This document shows, piece after piece, positions 31,282 through 40,257 of a stretch of DNA of 64,000 bases. The position numbers and the translations under genes are program-made. A model generated the notes under the pieces. The model was not told the DNA's origin and searched no databases. It saw nothing but the letters and a program-made list of their open reading frames with translations. Source of the stretch: an uncultured delta proteobacterium (GTDB lineage Bacteria > Desulfobacterota > Binatia > Binatales > Binataceae); NCBI GenBank assembly GCA_963808235.1, contig CAWEEQ010000004.1, positions 1,152,001 to 1,216,000 on the forward strand, given 5' to 3'. Position 1 is the first letter of the stretch. Each line of letters opens with the position of its first letter.

Positions 31282-32079
31282 ATGGCAGAGCGAGTGGAGA
31301 GGGCGAGCGATCAGCAAATTCGGGAAGCTGCCGAGATGATCATGGCGGCGCGATACCCGATCGCGCTGACTGGTGCGGGGATGTCGGTCGAGAGCGGAAT
31401 CCCGCCGTTTCGCGGGCCGGGCGGACTATGGACCAAGTACGGCGAGCCGCCGATGAATGGGTTCCAGCGTTTCATGGCCGATCCGAAAAAGGCTTGGGAA
31501 GATCGGCTGACCAAACGCAACGATGAACTCTTCAAACCGCTTGCGGTTGCGAAGCCGAATCCTGGTCACATCGCGCTGGTGGAGTTGGAGCGCCACGGAG
31601 TCCTGCGCTTTATGATCACGCAAAACGTGGATGACCTCCACAAGCAGGCGGGACAAAAGGCGCTTGCGGAAATTCACGGCAACTGGACGCTGATTCGATG
31701 CCTTGATTGCAACTCGCGCTTTCATGGAGACGCGATCAGTCTGGAGAAGTTGCCGCCCGAATGTCCACGATGCGGAGGCCTGCTGAAGTCTGACACGGTC
31801 TCGTTCGGTGAACCGATTCCGATCGACGTGCTGAAGATGTGTGCGGAACATTCGGCGCGTGCAGACCTGGTAATCGTGGCGGGAACTTCCGCGACAGTTT
31901 ATCCGGCTGCGGGATTCGCGCTCGAAGTAAAGCAGCGCGGTGGAATTTTGATCGAAGCAAATCTTTACGAATCGGAGATCACGCGGATATGCGACGCGAG
32001 CCTGCGCGGGACCTCAGCGGATGTGCTGCCCAGGCTGGTGAAATCAGTCGAGGAGATTCGCCGGGAAAAGATGTCGTAG
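31282..32079 (+). CDS. cobB: NAD-dependent protein deacylase (sirtuin)
   Basis: TGAGMS.ESGIP.FRG, TQNVD.LH, EIHG, CxxC..CxxC zinc ribbon, GTS..VYPAA. Confidence 0.92.
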   Translation: MAERVERASDQQIREAAEMIMAARYPIALTGAGMSVESGIPPFRGPGGLWTKYGEPPMNGFQRFMADPKKAWEDRLTKRNDELFKPLAVAKPNPGHIALVELERHGVLRFMITQNVDDLHKQAGQKALAEIHGNWTLIRCLDCNSRFHGDAISLEKLPPECPRCGGLLKSDTVSFGEPIPIDVLKMCAEHSARADLVIVAGTSATVYPAAGFALEVKQRGGILIEANLYESEITRICDASLRGTSADVLPRLVKSVEEIRREKMS

Positions 32080-33942
32080 TTACTTTGAGGGTGAGATCGC
32101 CATTGCCTCGATGTAGCCGTCCGCGGGCTTGGGCAACGGCTTGCCCGCGGTCGGGCGTTCGCGGAGCAGGACCATCTCGTCGCTGCCGTCGAGCGAAGTC
32201 GGGTTGCTTATCATGACGATGTCGAATCGGCTCCGCCCGGCTTGAGGAAGCGCGTCGAACAGACTGCGCCAGGCGATAAGGTACTCAGGCATATTTGGAT
32301 CGCGGATCGAGGTGATCGGAATCGTGCGACGGCTGTAGAAAGCAACGTCGTAGTTCATCGCGTTCAGATAGCCGACCCGATTGCCGTCCACGATTTTCAT
32401 CGCATGGTCGGTGAAATCCCTGAGCGAAAGAGTGTTGGCGATTGCGGGCACAACGACAACGTTGACCGCAACCGTGATGAAGAGCATCGCGGCGACAGTC
32501 CCGAGTACCATGCGTTCGATTCGCGGACGGATGCGAAGCAAAAATAATCCGACGACGATCAACGCAAAAGGTATCGCCACGGAGACAAACCATTGCTCTG
32601 CCGCGGTGCGAGTCAGGATGCGCTGAAAGGACGCGGCGTGCACGTTTATCGCCGCGAATAGATCAGATACGGGCTGGGGCCGGATTATTAGCATCGCAAG
32701 CGCCACCACCGCGCCCACGCCGGCTAGCAGCATCGCGAAGCCGCACAGCCTGCTCGTCCATCGGACTAACGTGCGCGTGACCTCGGGACGGGCGACCGCG
32801 TCAGATACATAGATCGCGACGAGCGTGGCGAGAGCTGGATACAGGCACAGCAGATAGACGCCGCGTTTGCTCTGCGGAAAGTTGTAGAAGACGAGCACCG
32901 AGACGAACCATACCAGGATGTACTTAAGACGCGGATCGAGCGCGCGAGGCTGCCGCGCGGTTTGGATGGCGACTATAGGCAGCAGAATCGTCCACGGCAT
33001 GAAACCGGCGAGCAGAGCCAGCTCCATATAGTAGAAGGGATGAAGGTGGCCTTCGTGGAAATCGTTGCCGCCGGCGAAGCGAAGAACATTTTCGGTGAGA
33101 ATTTGCTTGCGGAAGAAACCCGCGCCGCCTTCGACGTATGCCGCGACATACCATCCTCCGGCCAGAACGAGCACCACCATTGAGCCGCGGATGAGACCCA
33201 TGCGGCGAAGAAAGTCCCATCGACTTTCGATTGCGATCCAAATCAAGGCGACCATGCCGGGAAGAATCAGACCGATGGGCCCCTTGGTCAAAGCGGCAAG
33301 TGCTATCGCCACATAGAGCAGCATCCTGCGGCGGGTCAGTCCTTCGGCCATAAAAATAAATTCGAAGAACGCGACTTCCATAAAGAAAGTCAGCGTCATA
33401 TCGATGCGCGCGCCGGTTGCGGATTGCAGATACTGAAACGTGGTCGCGAGGATCAGCGAGGCGATGAGCGCGATCACGTCGTCGAACAGACGGCGGACGT
33501 AGAGGTAGCAGACGATTACTCCGGCGATCGCGAGGAATGCAGATGGCAGACGCACCGAGAATTCATTGACGCCGCCTGCGACTAGCGAGACCAGGGCGGC
33601 GAACCAATGCATCAGGAGCGGCTTGGAGGGAATTTCGATTCCCGCGCGTTGAGGCAGGATCAAACCGCCGCCGTGAACGATAGCGAAGACGGTCACCGCC
33701 TCGCGGGGTTCGCCCTTGGTGTAGAGCGGATAGCCGCCGAGGTTCACGAGATATAGCGCGACGCCCACGATCAGCAGGATCGGAACGGCGTGGCGTGGTT
33801 CGGCGAGATAGCGGAGCCATTGTGGGTGGTCGGGCATCGGCGCAGCGGCAACGGCGGCGGAAGCAGAATCGTCAGATGACGCGCCGCCAGCTTGGTGCGC
33901 TGTAAATTCGCCGATTTGAGTAGTTTCCTCTCCGGGTTTCAT
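32080..33942 (-). CDS. ArnT/PMT-like (GT-C) membrane glycosyltransferase
   Basis: E.R, KP L..W, RLPS, LTKGP.G, HPFYY, K..YL.P motifs; many TM helices. Confidence 0.85.
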   Translation of the reverse strand: MKPGEETTQIGEFTAHQAGGASSDDSASAAVAAAPMPDHPQWLRYLAEPRHAVPILLIVGVALYLVNLGGYPLYTKGEPREAVTVFAIVHGGGLILPQRAGIEIPSKPLLMHWFAALVSLVAGGVNEFSVRLPSAFLAIAGVIVCYLYVRRLFDDVIALIASLILATTFQYLQSATGARIDMTLTFFMEVAFFEFIFMAEGLTRRRMLLYVAIALAALTKGPIGLILPGMVALIWIAIESRWDFLRRMGLIRGSMVVLVLAGGWYVAAYVEGGAGFFRKQILTENVLRFAGGNDFHEGHLHPFYYMELALLAGFMPWTILLPIVAIQTARQPRALDPRLKYILVWFVSVLVFYNFPQSKRGVYLLCLYPALATLVAIYVSDAVARPEVTRTLVRWTSRLCGFAMLLAGVGAVVALAMLIIRPQPVSDLFAAINVHAASFQRILTRTAAEQWFVSVAIPFALIVVGLFLLRIRPRIERMVLGTVAAMLFITVAVNVVVVPAIANTLSLRDFTDHAMKIVDGNRVGYLNAMNYDVAFYSRRTIPITSIRDPNMPEYLIAWRSLFDALPQAGRSRFDIVMISNPTSLDGSDEMVLLRERPTAGKPLPKPADGYIEAMAISPSK

Positions 33943-34100
33943 TTTGGAACGGCACATAGCGACGCGGCGCCATTTTGCACCGCGCTTCGCTCCGAATAAC
34001 ATACCGGCACGAGAGCAAATTTGCAGGGTCCGGGCATCGCGCATTTCGCAGGCCCCGATCCTGAGATCTCAAAATCAAAGCGCTACAGGAGCTTGCTGCC

Positions 34101-34928
34101 ATGAGACTCGAAGACAAAGTGGCGATCGTGACGGGATGCGCGCGCGAGCGCGGAATTGGGCGGGCGATCGCGACGCGGCTTGCGCAAGAGGGCGCCCACG
34201 TCGTGGTCGCGGACTATTGCCGCTCGATCGCGGAATATCCGGACGCGAAGTTCGGGCAGATGGAGGAACTCGAAGGTGTGGCGGCAGAAATTCGCAAGCT
34301 TGGGCGACGAAGCCTCCCGGTCAAGGTCGATGTGACCGACGAGGCCGAGGTGACTCAAATGGCGGCGGCCGCGATGAAGGAATTTGGCCGGGTGGATATT
34401 CTCTGCAACAACGCCGGCGGCGGAGTCGGCGGGGGGCCTGTGATTCAGCAGACGCTGGATTCATGGAATCGCACCGTTGCAATCAACCTGACCGGAACTT
34501 TTCTGTGCGCCAAACACGTTGCGCCAAAAATCATTGCGGGCGGACGCGGCGGCAGGATTATCAACACCGCGTCGATCGCCGGAAAACGCGGCGGCCCGAT
34601 GATGGCGGCCTACTCGGCGGCCAAGCACGGCGTGATCGGGCTTACCCGAAGCCTCGCGCTGGAGCTGGGAGCGTTCAAGATCACTGTCAACGCGGTATGC
34701 CCGGGATTCGTGGAGACGCAACTTTTCGAGGGGCTGATCAACATGGTCGGCTCGACGCGCAACATGAATCGCGAGCAGGTGCTCCAGACGTTCGTGAATC
34801 AAGTGCCGATGGGCCGGATGCAGACCGGCGAAGACGTCGCGAACGTGGTTGCGTTCCTGGCGTCAGAAGACGGCGGATACATGACCGGGCAGGCGCTGAA
34901 TATCTGCGGCGGCGTCGAGGTGCATTGA
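34101..34928 (+). CDS. SDR oxidoreductase (mycofactocin-SDR-like insertion)
   Basis: TG.AR..GIG, NNAG, YSAAK, VNAVCPG. Confidence 0.9.
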   Translation: MRLEDKVAIVTGCARERGIGRAIATRLAQEGAHVVVADYCRSIAEYPDAKFGQMEELEGVAAEIRKLGRRSLPVKVDVTDEAEVTQMAAAAMKEFGRVDILCNNAGGGVGGGPVIQQTLDSWNRTVAINLTGTFLCAKHVAPKIIAGGRGGRIINTASIAGKRGGPMMAAYSAAKHGVIGLTRSLALELGAFKITVNAVCPGFVETQLFEGLINMVGSTRNMNREQVLQTFVNQVPMGRMQTGEDVANVVAFLASEDGGYMTGQALNICGGVEVH

Positions 34929-34949
34929 GGCGCGCGTAGGCGCCCCTGA

Positions 34950-35153
34950 TCAGTATTCGGTTTTGACGCGAGCGCGGCCGGTATCGTCGTAGAGGTACAC
35001 GTCGGCCGGATTTTCGTCGCGGGTTTTCTTGTGCGAGCCGTCGCAGAACGGCTTGTTTTTAGAAAGTCCGCACGCACAGATGTAGATCGGCAGCTCGGTG
35101 CCTTCAGGAACTTCGTAAGGAGAATTTTTTTCGTGTCTGATCAATCGGGCCAT
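34950..35153 (-). CDS. CDGSH (NEET) 2Fe-2S protein
   Basis: [14 protein letters not shown]. Confidence 0.93.
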   Translation of the reverse strand: MARLIRHEKNSPYEVPEGTELPIYICACGLSKNKPFCDGSHKKTRDENPADVYLYDDTGRARVKTEY

Positions 35154-35260
35154 GGATAGTCCCTCGGTCTGAGTTTCGATTTCGCAGCGGCTTCAATGAG
35201 TCACTAAAGTCCAGGCGGCGCGCAGAGTCAAATGAGCACGGGGCCTTCAAAGTCAGCGAT

Positions 35261-36250
35261 TCAGATCATCGGTTCGTGGATTGCTTCGGCGGCTTCGGAA
35301 GCGGGGTGCTTGCGATGCGGATCGGCGCCGAGGACGAGAGCCACAACTCCGCTTACAGAGATTAGGATGCCGACAACCTCGCGCGTGGTTGCGCGCTCGC
35401 CGAGGAATATCACGGCGAAGAGAATTGAGAGGATTGGAATGCCGGGGACTACCAGCGCGGTTGTCCATGCAAGCGAGAGGCGGTTGATGGCTCCGTACCA
35501 CGTCAGCGCGCTCATGAAGTAGATGAAGAAGCCGGTAACCAAGATTATGCCGAGCGAGTTCAAGTCGGTGAGTTGCACGAGCGATGCGCGGCGGAACAGA
35601 AGCAGCATCGCGGTGAGAACGATCGAGGCATAGAGGAAGCGGCCGCCGGTGATCGAAGTGGGCGTCAGCGGCGGCATCAGCTTCAGACCCATCACGTGCG
35701 ACGCCTGCCAGAAAAGTGGAGTCATGAAGACGAGAGCGGCCGCCCAAGCGGGTGAGAATGCTCCGCCGGTGCCGAACACCGAGCCGATACCGACCAGCAC
35801 GATCGCGGTCGCGAACAACTGGCGAATCGACGGGCGCTCGCCGACGAAGATTGTCGAGAGCACCAGCGAGTAGACCGGCTCAGTCTGCAAGAGCAGAACG
35901 CCGGCCACGGCGCCGATTCCCGTGAGTCCGTAGGTCAGAGTGAGGCTCGTCATCACGGTTCCCGCCATCGACATCACGAACAGGCGCGCGCGATAACGCG
36001 GGTCGACGATCAGTTTCAGCTCGCCGCTGAAGTAAAGCAGCGGGGCGGTGCAGATCGAGGCGAATACGACGGCGCCGGTGCAGAAGAGCAGGGGATCCAG
36101 GTTGACGGCGCCCCATCGCGTGATCACCGGCTGGCCGGCGCCGATAACCGTATTGATGACGCAGAGCGTCAGCCCGACCTGAAATGCTCGCGAGCGACGG
36201 GCCACCGCCGCGCTGGCGAGCGCATCGGCCGGTGAAACGCTAGTCGCCAC
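35261..36250 (-). CDS. DMT/EamA family transporter
   Basis: About 10 TM helices, two repeats ending in (F/L)GER. Confidence 0.85.
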   Translation of the reverse strand: MATSVSPADALASAAVARRSRAFQVGLTLCVINTVIGAGQPVITRWGAVNLDPLLFCTGAVVFASICTAPLLYFSGELKLIVDPRYRARLFVMSMAGTVMTSLTLTYGLTGIGAVAGVLLLQTEPVYSLVLSTIFVGERPSIRQLFATAIVLVGIGSVFGTGGAFSPAWAAALVFMTPLFWQASHVMGLKLMPPLTPTSITGGRFLYASIVLTAMLLLFRRASLVQLTDLNSLGIILVTGFFIYFMSALTWYGAINRLSLAWTTALVVPGIPILSILFAVIFLGERATTREVVGILISVSGVVALVLGADPHRKHPASEAAEAIHEPMI

Positions 36251-36253
36251 GTG

Positions 36254-37039
36254 TTACCCGCGGGACATCGCAATTGCGACGACCGCGACGCCTACGATGA
36301 TTCGATAAATCGCAAAGGGCTGATAAGTGCGGGTTCGGACAAAGCTCAGCAACCCGGCGATCGCAGCGATTCCGAAGGCGGCTGAAGCCACAAAGCCCCA
36401 CCCGAGCTGAGCGGTCAGGCCGGCGTGGAGAAACTTATGCAGCTCGAGCATCCCGGCGCCCGCGATGATTGGGGTCGCCATCAGGAAGGAGAAATTTGCC
36501 GCATCGGCGCGATCGATCCCCAGCAGACGGGCCGTGGTGATGGTGGCGCCGGAGCGCGAGACGCCAGGGATAATCGCGAGCGCCTGGCTGAGGCCGATCA
36601 GGAGGGCGTCGAGGAGACTAATATCTTCTATTTTGCGCTTTTTGGAACCAATCCAATCAGCCGCCCATAGCAAGATGCCCATCACGGCCAGCGTGATCGC
36701 GATCAGAACCGGCGAGCGAAAGATCGTTTCGGCTTGTTTCTCGAGCAAAACCCCGATGATCGCACCGGGAACGGACGCAACTACGAGCAGGTAAAGCAGG
36801 CGTCGTGGAAGCGGCCGCCCGTCGGCCAGCGACATGCCCATGTCGAGCCACTCTCGCCAATAATAGATGAGCAGCGCCAAGAGTGTGCCGAGATGGAGTG
36901 CGACGTCGAATGCCAACCCCGGATCCTGCCATCGCAGGAGCCATGGAACTATTATAAGATGGGCTGAGCTTGAGACCGGGAGAAACTCCGTCAAGCCTTG
37001 GACGATGCCCAGAACGATTGCTTGAAATATAGAAATCAT
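36254..37039 (-). CDS. uppP: undecaprenyl-diphosphate phosphatase
   Basis: QGLTEFLPVSSSAH, PGVSRSGAT. Confidence 0.96.
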   Translation of the reverse strand: MISIFQAIVLGIVQGLTEFLPVSSSAHLIIVPWLLRWQDPGLAFDVALHLGTLLALLIYYWREWLDMGMSLADGRPLPRRLLYLLVVASVPGAIIGVLLEKQAETIFRSPVLIAITLAVMGILLWAADWIGSKKRKIEDISLLDALLIGLSQALAIIPGVSRSGATITTARLLGIDRADAANFSFLMATPIIAGAGMLELHKFLHAGLTAQLGWGFVASAAFGIAAIAGLLSFVRTRTYQPFAIYRIIVGVAVVAIAMSRG

Positions 37040-37145
37040 AGTATTTTCAGGTACTTAGCCTTGAAACTGAGTATCTTGAGCTTGTTTGATCGAGTACAAT
37101 TGACCTTGAAAGGCGCATTTGAGTGAATAACTGTCGAGTTTCTCC

Positions 37146-37173
37146 TTGATCGGCGCAGGACTTGGTTTAGAAT
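37146..37173 (+). promoter_or_regulatory. putative sigma70 promoter
   Basis: TTGATC-N16-TAGAAT upstream of AGGAGG and ATG 37228. Confidence 0.45.
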
Positions 37174-37227
37174 TGTTGCTCGTTAGCACGGGGACGGAGA
37201 CGAGGTTGGCAGGAGGTCCTTAAATCC

Positions 37228-37551
37228 ATGAATCGAGGCCTTAAAGGGAAAGTGATACCCCTTCGGGAAGGGAGCGCGGTCGAAGCGGACGGCGCGCTCG
37301 ACCAGTCTGGCGTTTGGGATGACATCCGTCCGGGCGAACCGCATCCGTTTCCGGTTGTTTCAACACTGCCACGTCTACCGGTGATGATCCCCGACGAGAT
37401 CCTTGATTACTACGGATGGGTTTTCTGCCAGGGCGGGTTCCTTAATCTCCAGATGACGTTTGAGCAGTTCCTGGCGGTCGTCGCGGCGGTGAGTCCCGCG
37501 TGCCTCAGTCCCGAATACGACGCGAGCGAGGCGTCGTACCCCAACGACTGA
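37228..37551 (+). CDS. small acidic hypothetical protein
   Basis: 107 aa, strong RBS, flanked by promoter-like and terminator-like signals. Confidence 0.7.
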   Translation: MNRGLKGKVIPLREGSAVEADGALDQSGVWDDIRPGEPHPFPVVSTLPRLPVMIPDEILDYYGWVFCQGGFLNLQMTFEQFLAVVAAVSPACLSPEYDASEASYPND

Positions 37552-37583
37552 CGGCCGAGAATCGAACAATACTGTACTTTTGA

Positions 37584-37619
37584 TGCCCGCCCGGGCCTGC
37601 TTGGGCGGGCATTGCTTTT
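37584..37619 (+). terminator. intrinsic terminator-like hairpin
   Basis: TGCCCGCCC-N10-GGGCGGGCA followed by TTGCTTTT, between convergent genes. Confidence 0.55.
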
Positions 37620-37676
37620 GGCGCCCGCAGTTTTTTTCGTGCCTCGGGTCCGACGTATTATCTGTCATTTGTCTTA

Positions 37677-38381
37677 TCAATCATCTGCATCTGTCCGCGC
37701 ACCCTTTTTTGCATGACTAAGAAGGCTGTTTCTGATCCACACGCTCGGCAACCCCGAAGCGTCGGCGGGCGATTTGAGTCCGTTATCTTGCGCGATTATC
37801 TGCCAATTGTCTTCGTTGCCAGTGGCGCGCCGGGCAAGCGCCTTCAGATCCTCGTTGGGGAGCAGGGCATAGTTAACGCCGCCCTCGCTGGGAGTTCCGT
37901 TGGAGGGCGGAAATTTGGCGGCGAGCTGTTCCATTTTGTCGAACAGATTCAAGCGAGTGCTGGCTTTGTATTTGGGAAGCTCGTCGTCAGAAATGTCTTC
38001 CGTGCGGACGTTGATGATGACTCGCGAACGGCGAGGGCCTTGCGGCACGACCTCGACCTCGTAGCGATATTGCGGATGCACTCCGACGATACTTCCGAGC
38101 ATACCGCCTTGCACGTCGGCGTCGCGCCACAGCGTGACGAGCTTGTCGTCGGGCTTGACCTCGAAGAGCACGCCCTCGCCGCGCAGCACGTCCTGGGTCA
38201 GAAGGAATGAATCGTTGGACGGATACGGAAAGTCGCGCTGCTCGCCCATAGCCGCATCGGTACCGCCACCGGCGGCGCGATTGGCGTAGTAGCCCGCGCA
38301 TCCGACAGCGAGCAGCATTAGAGAATAGATCGAGAGCTTCGAAATTTGACGGATCACAAACCACGCGCGACTCAGCACCAT
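37677..38381 (-). CDS. lipoprotein with C-terminal LysM-like domain
   Basis: Lipobox AVGC; C-terminal EDLKALARRATG...WQIIAQDNGL resembles LysM; start uncertain. Confidence 0.6.
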   Translation of the reverse strand: MVLSRAWFVIRQISKLSIYSLMLLAVGCAGYYANRAAGGGTDAAMGEQRDFPYPSNDSFLLTQDVLRGEGVLFEVKPDDKLVTLWRDADVQGGMLGSIVGVHPQYRYEVEVVPQGPRRSRVIINVRTEDISDDELPKYKASTRLNLFDKMEQLAAKFPPSNGTPSEGGVNYALLPNEDLKALARRATGNEDNWQIIAQDNGLKSPADASGLPSVWIRNSLLSHAKKGARTDADD

Positions 38382-38496
38382 GCTAGGAAACCATGCGAAT
38401 ACCGCGTGCGCAAGACGACGACTCAGCGCGGGGCTCGACTTTGCGCGCGGATGAGATTGCACGATTCGTTCGCAGACGGTAATCAAAGATACCCTT

Positions 38497-39858
38497 ATGA
38501 CTGCCCAACAGAATGATACATCGCGTCACGTGATGGCCGTGGTCGGCGCGGCGACGGCGGGTTCGGAAATTGCGCGGATTTTGGCGGAACGCGGCGCGCT
38601 GGTGATCGTATTCGAGCAGAACCCGCGGCCGTACGGCAAAATCGAAGACGGTCTGCCGCGATGGCACGTTAAGCAGCGCCACGACGAATACGAGGAGATC
38701 AACAAGCGCCTCGATCACCCTAATATCGAGTACGTGCCAAAGACGCGGATGGGGCGCGATCTCGATTTCGAGGAACTGCGCTCGCGATGGGGCCTGAACG
38801 GAATCGTGCTATCGCACGGCGCGTGGCGGGATCGGCCATTTCCAGTCGAGGGAGTGGACGAGTTCATCGATCGCGGCCTGGTCTATCAGAACAAGCTGAT
38901 TTACTGGTTCAATCATTATCTCGAAAAGGCGTATGACGGTCCGCGCTACGAGCTTAGCCCGGGCGTTACGGTCGTTGGCGGAGGGCTCGCGTCGATCGAC
39001 GTAGTGAAGGTCTTGCAAATCGAGACCGTGCTCACGGCGCTGAAGACGCGTGGAATCGAGGCGGACATGCTCGCGCTCGAGCGCGAAGGAATCGAGCCGG
39101 TGCTCAACGCGCGCGGGCTCAAGTACACAGACCTGGGTGTCGCACCGTGCAAGCTGTTTTATCGGCGGCGCGTACTCGACATGCCGCTCTCGGATATTCC
39201 TCCCGATGCGCCTGCGAAGCGAGCTGAAGCGCTCAAGATGGCGCGCGCGAAGATCCTTGAAAAGGCGCAGCGCAAATTTCTGTTCGAGTTCCAGGAGCTC
39301 CGCGCGCCCAGCGGCGTGATTACCGAAGGCGGCCTCATGGTTGGAGTAAATTTCAGCCGCACCGAAGTAGCGGACGGGCAAGTGCGAATCGTGCAGGAGA
39401 ATGCGGAAACGGCGCGCGCGAAGCTGACGATCAGCTCGATCGGGAGCATCCCGGAGCCGATCCCCGGAATACCTCAGCAGGGCGAGGTGTATACCTACGT
39501 CGATCGAAATGTCGGGCTCCTCATGGACGGACCAACGGCGGTATACGCGGCCGGCAACGTGCTGACGGGCAAAGGCAATATCAAGGACTCGCTGGAAAGC
39601 GGCACCGAGATTGGCATCCGCGTTGCCGAAGCATACCTGGGTCTGTCGGGAGAAGAATCGAGGCTCGCGGAGGGTGCGCGTAAGGAAGCGGCGGCGTCCG
39701 GCGAAAAAATTGCGGGCGCGATGAACGTGCGGCCGAAAATTTCGGAAGCGCAAGTCGCGGAACTGCTAAAACGGGTGCGCGAACGCCAGCGCGCGGTCGG
39801 CTACGAAGGCAGCTATCGCGCCTGGATCGGCAAAGTCACTCCGCCCGATCTGCAGTAG
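38497..39858 (+). CDS. FAD/NAD(P)-dependent oxidoreductase (ferredoxin-NADP+ reductase/FprA-like)
   Basis: VVGA..AG FAD site, PYG.I..G.P..H, VVGGGLASID, YRR, AG.V.TG.GNI. Confidence 0.75.
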   Translation: MTAQQNDTSRHVMAVVGAATAGSEIARILAERGALVIVFEQNPRPYGKIEDGLPRWHVKQRHDEYEEINKRLDHPNIEYVPKTRMGRDLDFEELRSRWGLNGIVLSHGAWRDRPFPVEGVDEFIDRGLVYQNKLIYWFNHYLEKAYDGPRYELSPGVTVVGGGLASIDVVKVLQIETVLTALKTRGIEADMLALEREGIEPVLNARGLKYTDLGVAPCKLFYRRRVLDMPLSDIPPDAPAKRAEALKMARAKILEKAQRKFLFEFQELRAPSGVITEGGLMVGVNFSRTEVADGQVRIVQENAETARAKLTISSIGSIPEPIPGIPQQGEVYTYVDRNVGLLMDGPTAVYAAGNVLTGKGNIKDSLESGTEIGIRVAEAYLGLSGEESRLAEGARKEAAASGEKIAGAMNVRPKISEAQVAELLKRVRERQRAVGYEGSYRAWIGKVTPPDLQ

Positions 39859-39875
39859 GTAGTTCGCGCAATTTT

Positions 39876-39907
39876 CTCTCCTTTCCAAGGAGAGGGTTAG
39901 GGTGAGG
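39876..39907 (-). repeat. REP-like palindromic element
   Basis: CCTCACCCTAACCCTCTCCTTGGAAAGGAGAG on the minus strand. Confidence 0.6.
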
Positions 39908-39909
39908 TT

Positions 39910-40147
39910 TCACGCCCGCCGTCCCAACCTCGTCAAATTGCCGTCTCGAGGATCCAGCTGCCATCCAATTCCCACGGTCACCAGATTACGCAAACCTCTC
40001 CGGACAGTGACTCTCCTATCAAAGGAGATCGCACCCTTCCAAAGGGGTAAGTCCTTCCGCAGACCGAGAGCAGAATACCGTCCTCGGGATTTTGCGATTG
40101 ACACCGGGTGCAGGGGTCAGCCCCTGCCGCCAGCCGCGCAGGCGTGA
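39910..40147 (-). ncRNA. candidate highly structured noncoding RNA (family unassigned)
   Basis: 10-bp terminal stem, nested long-range stems, several hairpins and possible pseudoknots; non-Watson-Crick positions are G-U on the minus strand; folded by eye only. Confidence 0.55.
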
Positions 40148-40257
40148 CTAAGATTCTTCGTTGTTGTGCATAATCCCGAAAACATTTTGCGCGCCAAGTT
40201 TTGCGTCGCCGGGCGCACGCCTGTAGGCTTTGCCTATCAGGCCAACGGAGGTGCGGT

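Noticed and set aside
39910-40104. 64-aa minus-strand ORF inside the structured element
   Set aside because: GTG start without RBS, no family features, and dense base-pairing better explained as RNA structure
40180-40197. sigma54 promoter for the candidate ncRNA (TGGCGCGCAAAATGT, minus strand)
   Set aside because: The -12 element reads GT rather than GC, and the implied start lies about 20 nt before the terminal stem; too weak to call
39910-40257. ZTP, glycine or THF riboswitch upstream of glyA
   Set aside because: The structured element favours the strand opposite to glyA and lacks those aptamer consensus motifs; GCGGCTGGCG is only superficially ZTP-like
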